From Kiritimatiellia bacterium (GTDB lineage Bacteria > Verrucomicrobiota > Kiritimatiellia > RFP12 > UBA3636): DNA of 38,745 nt. The translations under genes were made by a program, and so were the position numbers. Each line of letters starts with the position of its first letter. Position 1 is the stretch's first letter. The stretch spans positions 1 through 38,745 of the forward strand of contig JAFPBK010000083.1 in assembly GCA_017424105.1 (NCBI GenBank), read 5' to 3'. The notes under the pieces were generated by a model. That model did no database searches and was not told the origin of the DNA. It saw nothing but the letters and a program-made list of their open reading frames with translations. Shown here piece by piece: positions 38,346 through 38,745 of this stretch.

Positions 38346-38745
38346 AGCCTAAATTCGTGTCCGAATTTAGATGAAGCAGCACTGCGTGCTATGAAGCGGT
38401 GCAAGCACCATGAAGCATGCCTTCGGCATATGAAGCATTGCGAAACAATATATGCGGTGGAATTATTTAAAGTTTCAGCAAGGCGAGGACGCCATGCCGC
38501 CCAGTTATTCTGTAAGACGGGGACGTCTTACAACCCAGTTACCGTGTAGGACGGGGACGTCCTACACCCCAGTTAAGCACACACTTTAAATATTTTAACC
38601 TTATCTATTCACTAATTCTGCGTACGCTCCCATACTCAATGATCTTGTGGGCCGTACACGCTAGCGATTGGCAGTTGGCGTTATCTCGGAGCGGCTAGGC
38701 GTCGCCCTAGCCTCCAACAACAAGCGCTGGCGTATCACCCAGAAC
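38346..38745 (+). repeat. dispersed modular element, copy 4 (type-1 tail; truncated by the window end)
   Basis: Fullest ATGAAGC array (38371-38449), core 38469-38572, tail like copy 1. Confidence 0.92.

Noticed and set aside
38371-38449. ATGAAGC array as CRISPR
   Set aside because: The 7-nt repeat and 12-13-nt self-complementary spacers are far outside CRISPR dimensions.

Overview
A low-GC bacterial chromosomal segment, most likely from an anaerobic PVC-lineage gut organism (Kiritimatiellia/Lentisphaeria-like; inferred from gene content and repeat style, not proven). About 30 protein genes lie on the minus strand. They include housekeeping genes (gmk, coaC, mraY, upp, folB, rlmI, miaA, secA, rsmE, dnaJ, grpE), carbohydrate genes (araA, rbsK, kdgK-like, GH39-like, CE7-like esterase, GHL10-like), hydG and two unusual kinase-fold signalling proteins. 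There are four tRNAs: Arg-TCT, Ser-GGA, Leu-TAA and Ser-GCT. araA and the GHL10-like gene are each broken by a 1-nt deletion in a homopolymer. The main unexplained structure is a dispersed, modular, non-coding multi-hairpin element of about 350-450 bp, with four near-complete copies (19043, 25605, 34187, 38346) and two partial relics (9481, 15640 inverted). It is built from (i) a mini-array of a constant ATGAAGC 7-mer with different palindromic spacers, (ii) a near-invariant core of three covarying hairpins each followed by CCCAG, and (iii) swappable tails containing an invertible GGAG-footed REP-like palindrome. No transposase, integrase, CRISPR array or rRNA is present in the window. A sigma54 promoter with tandem activator-like sites precedes a monocistronic DUF1232 gene.
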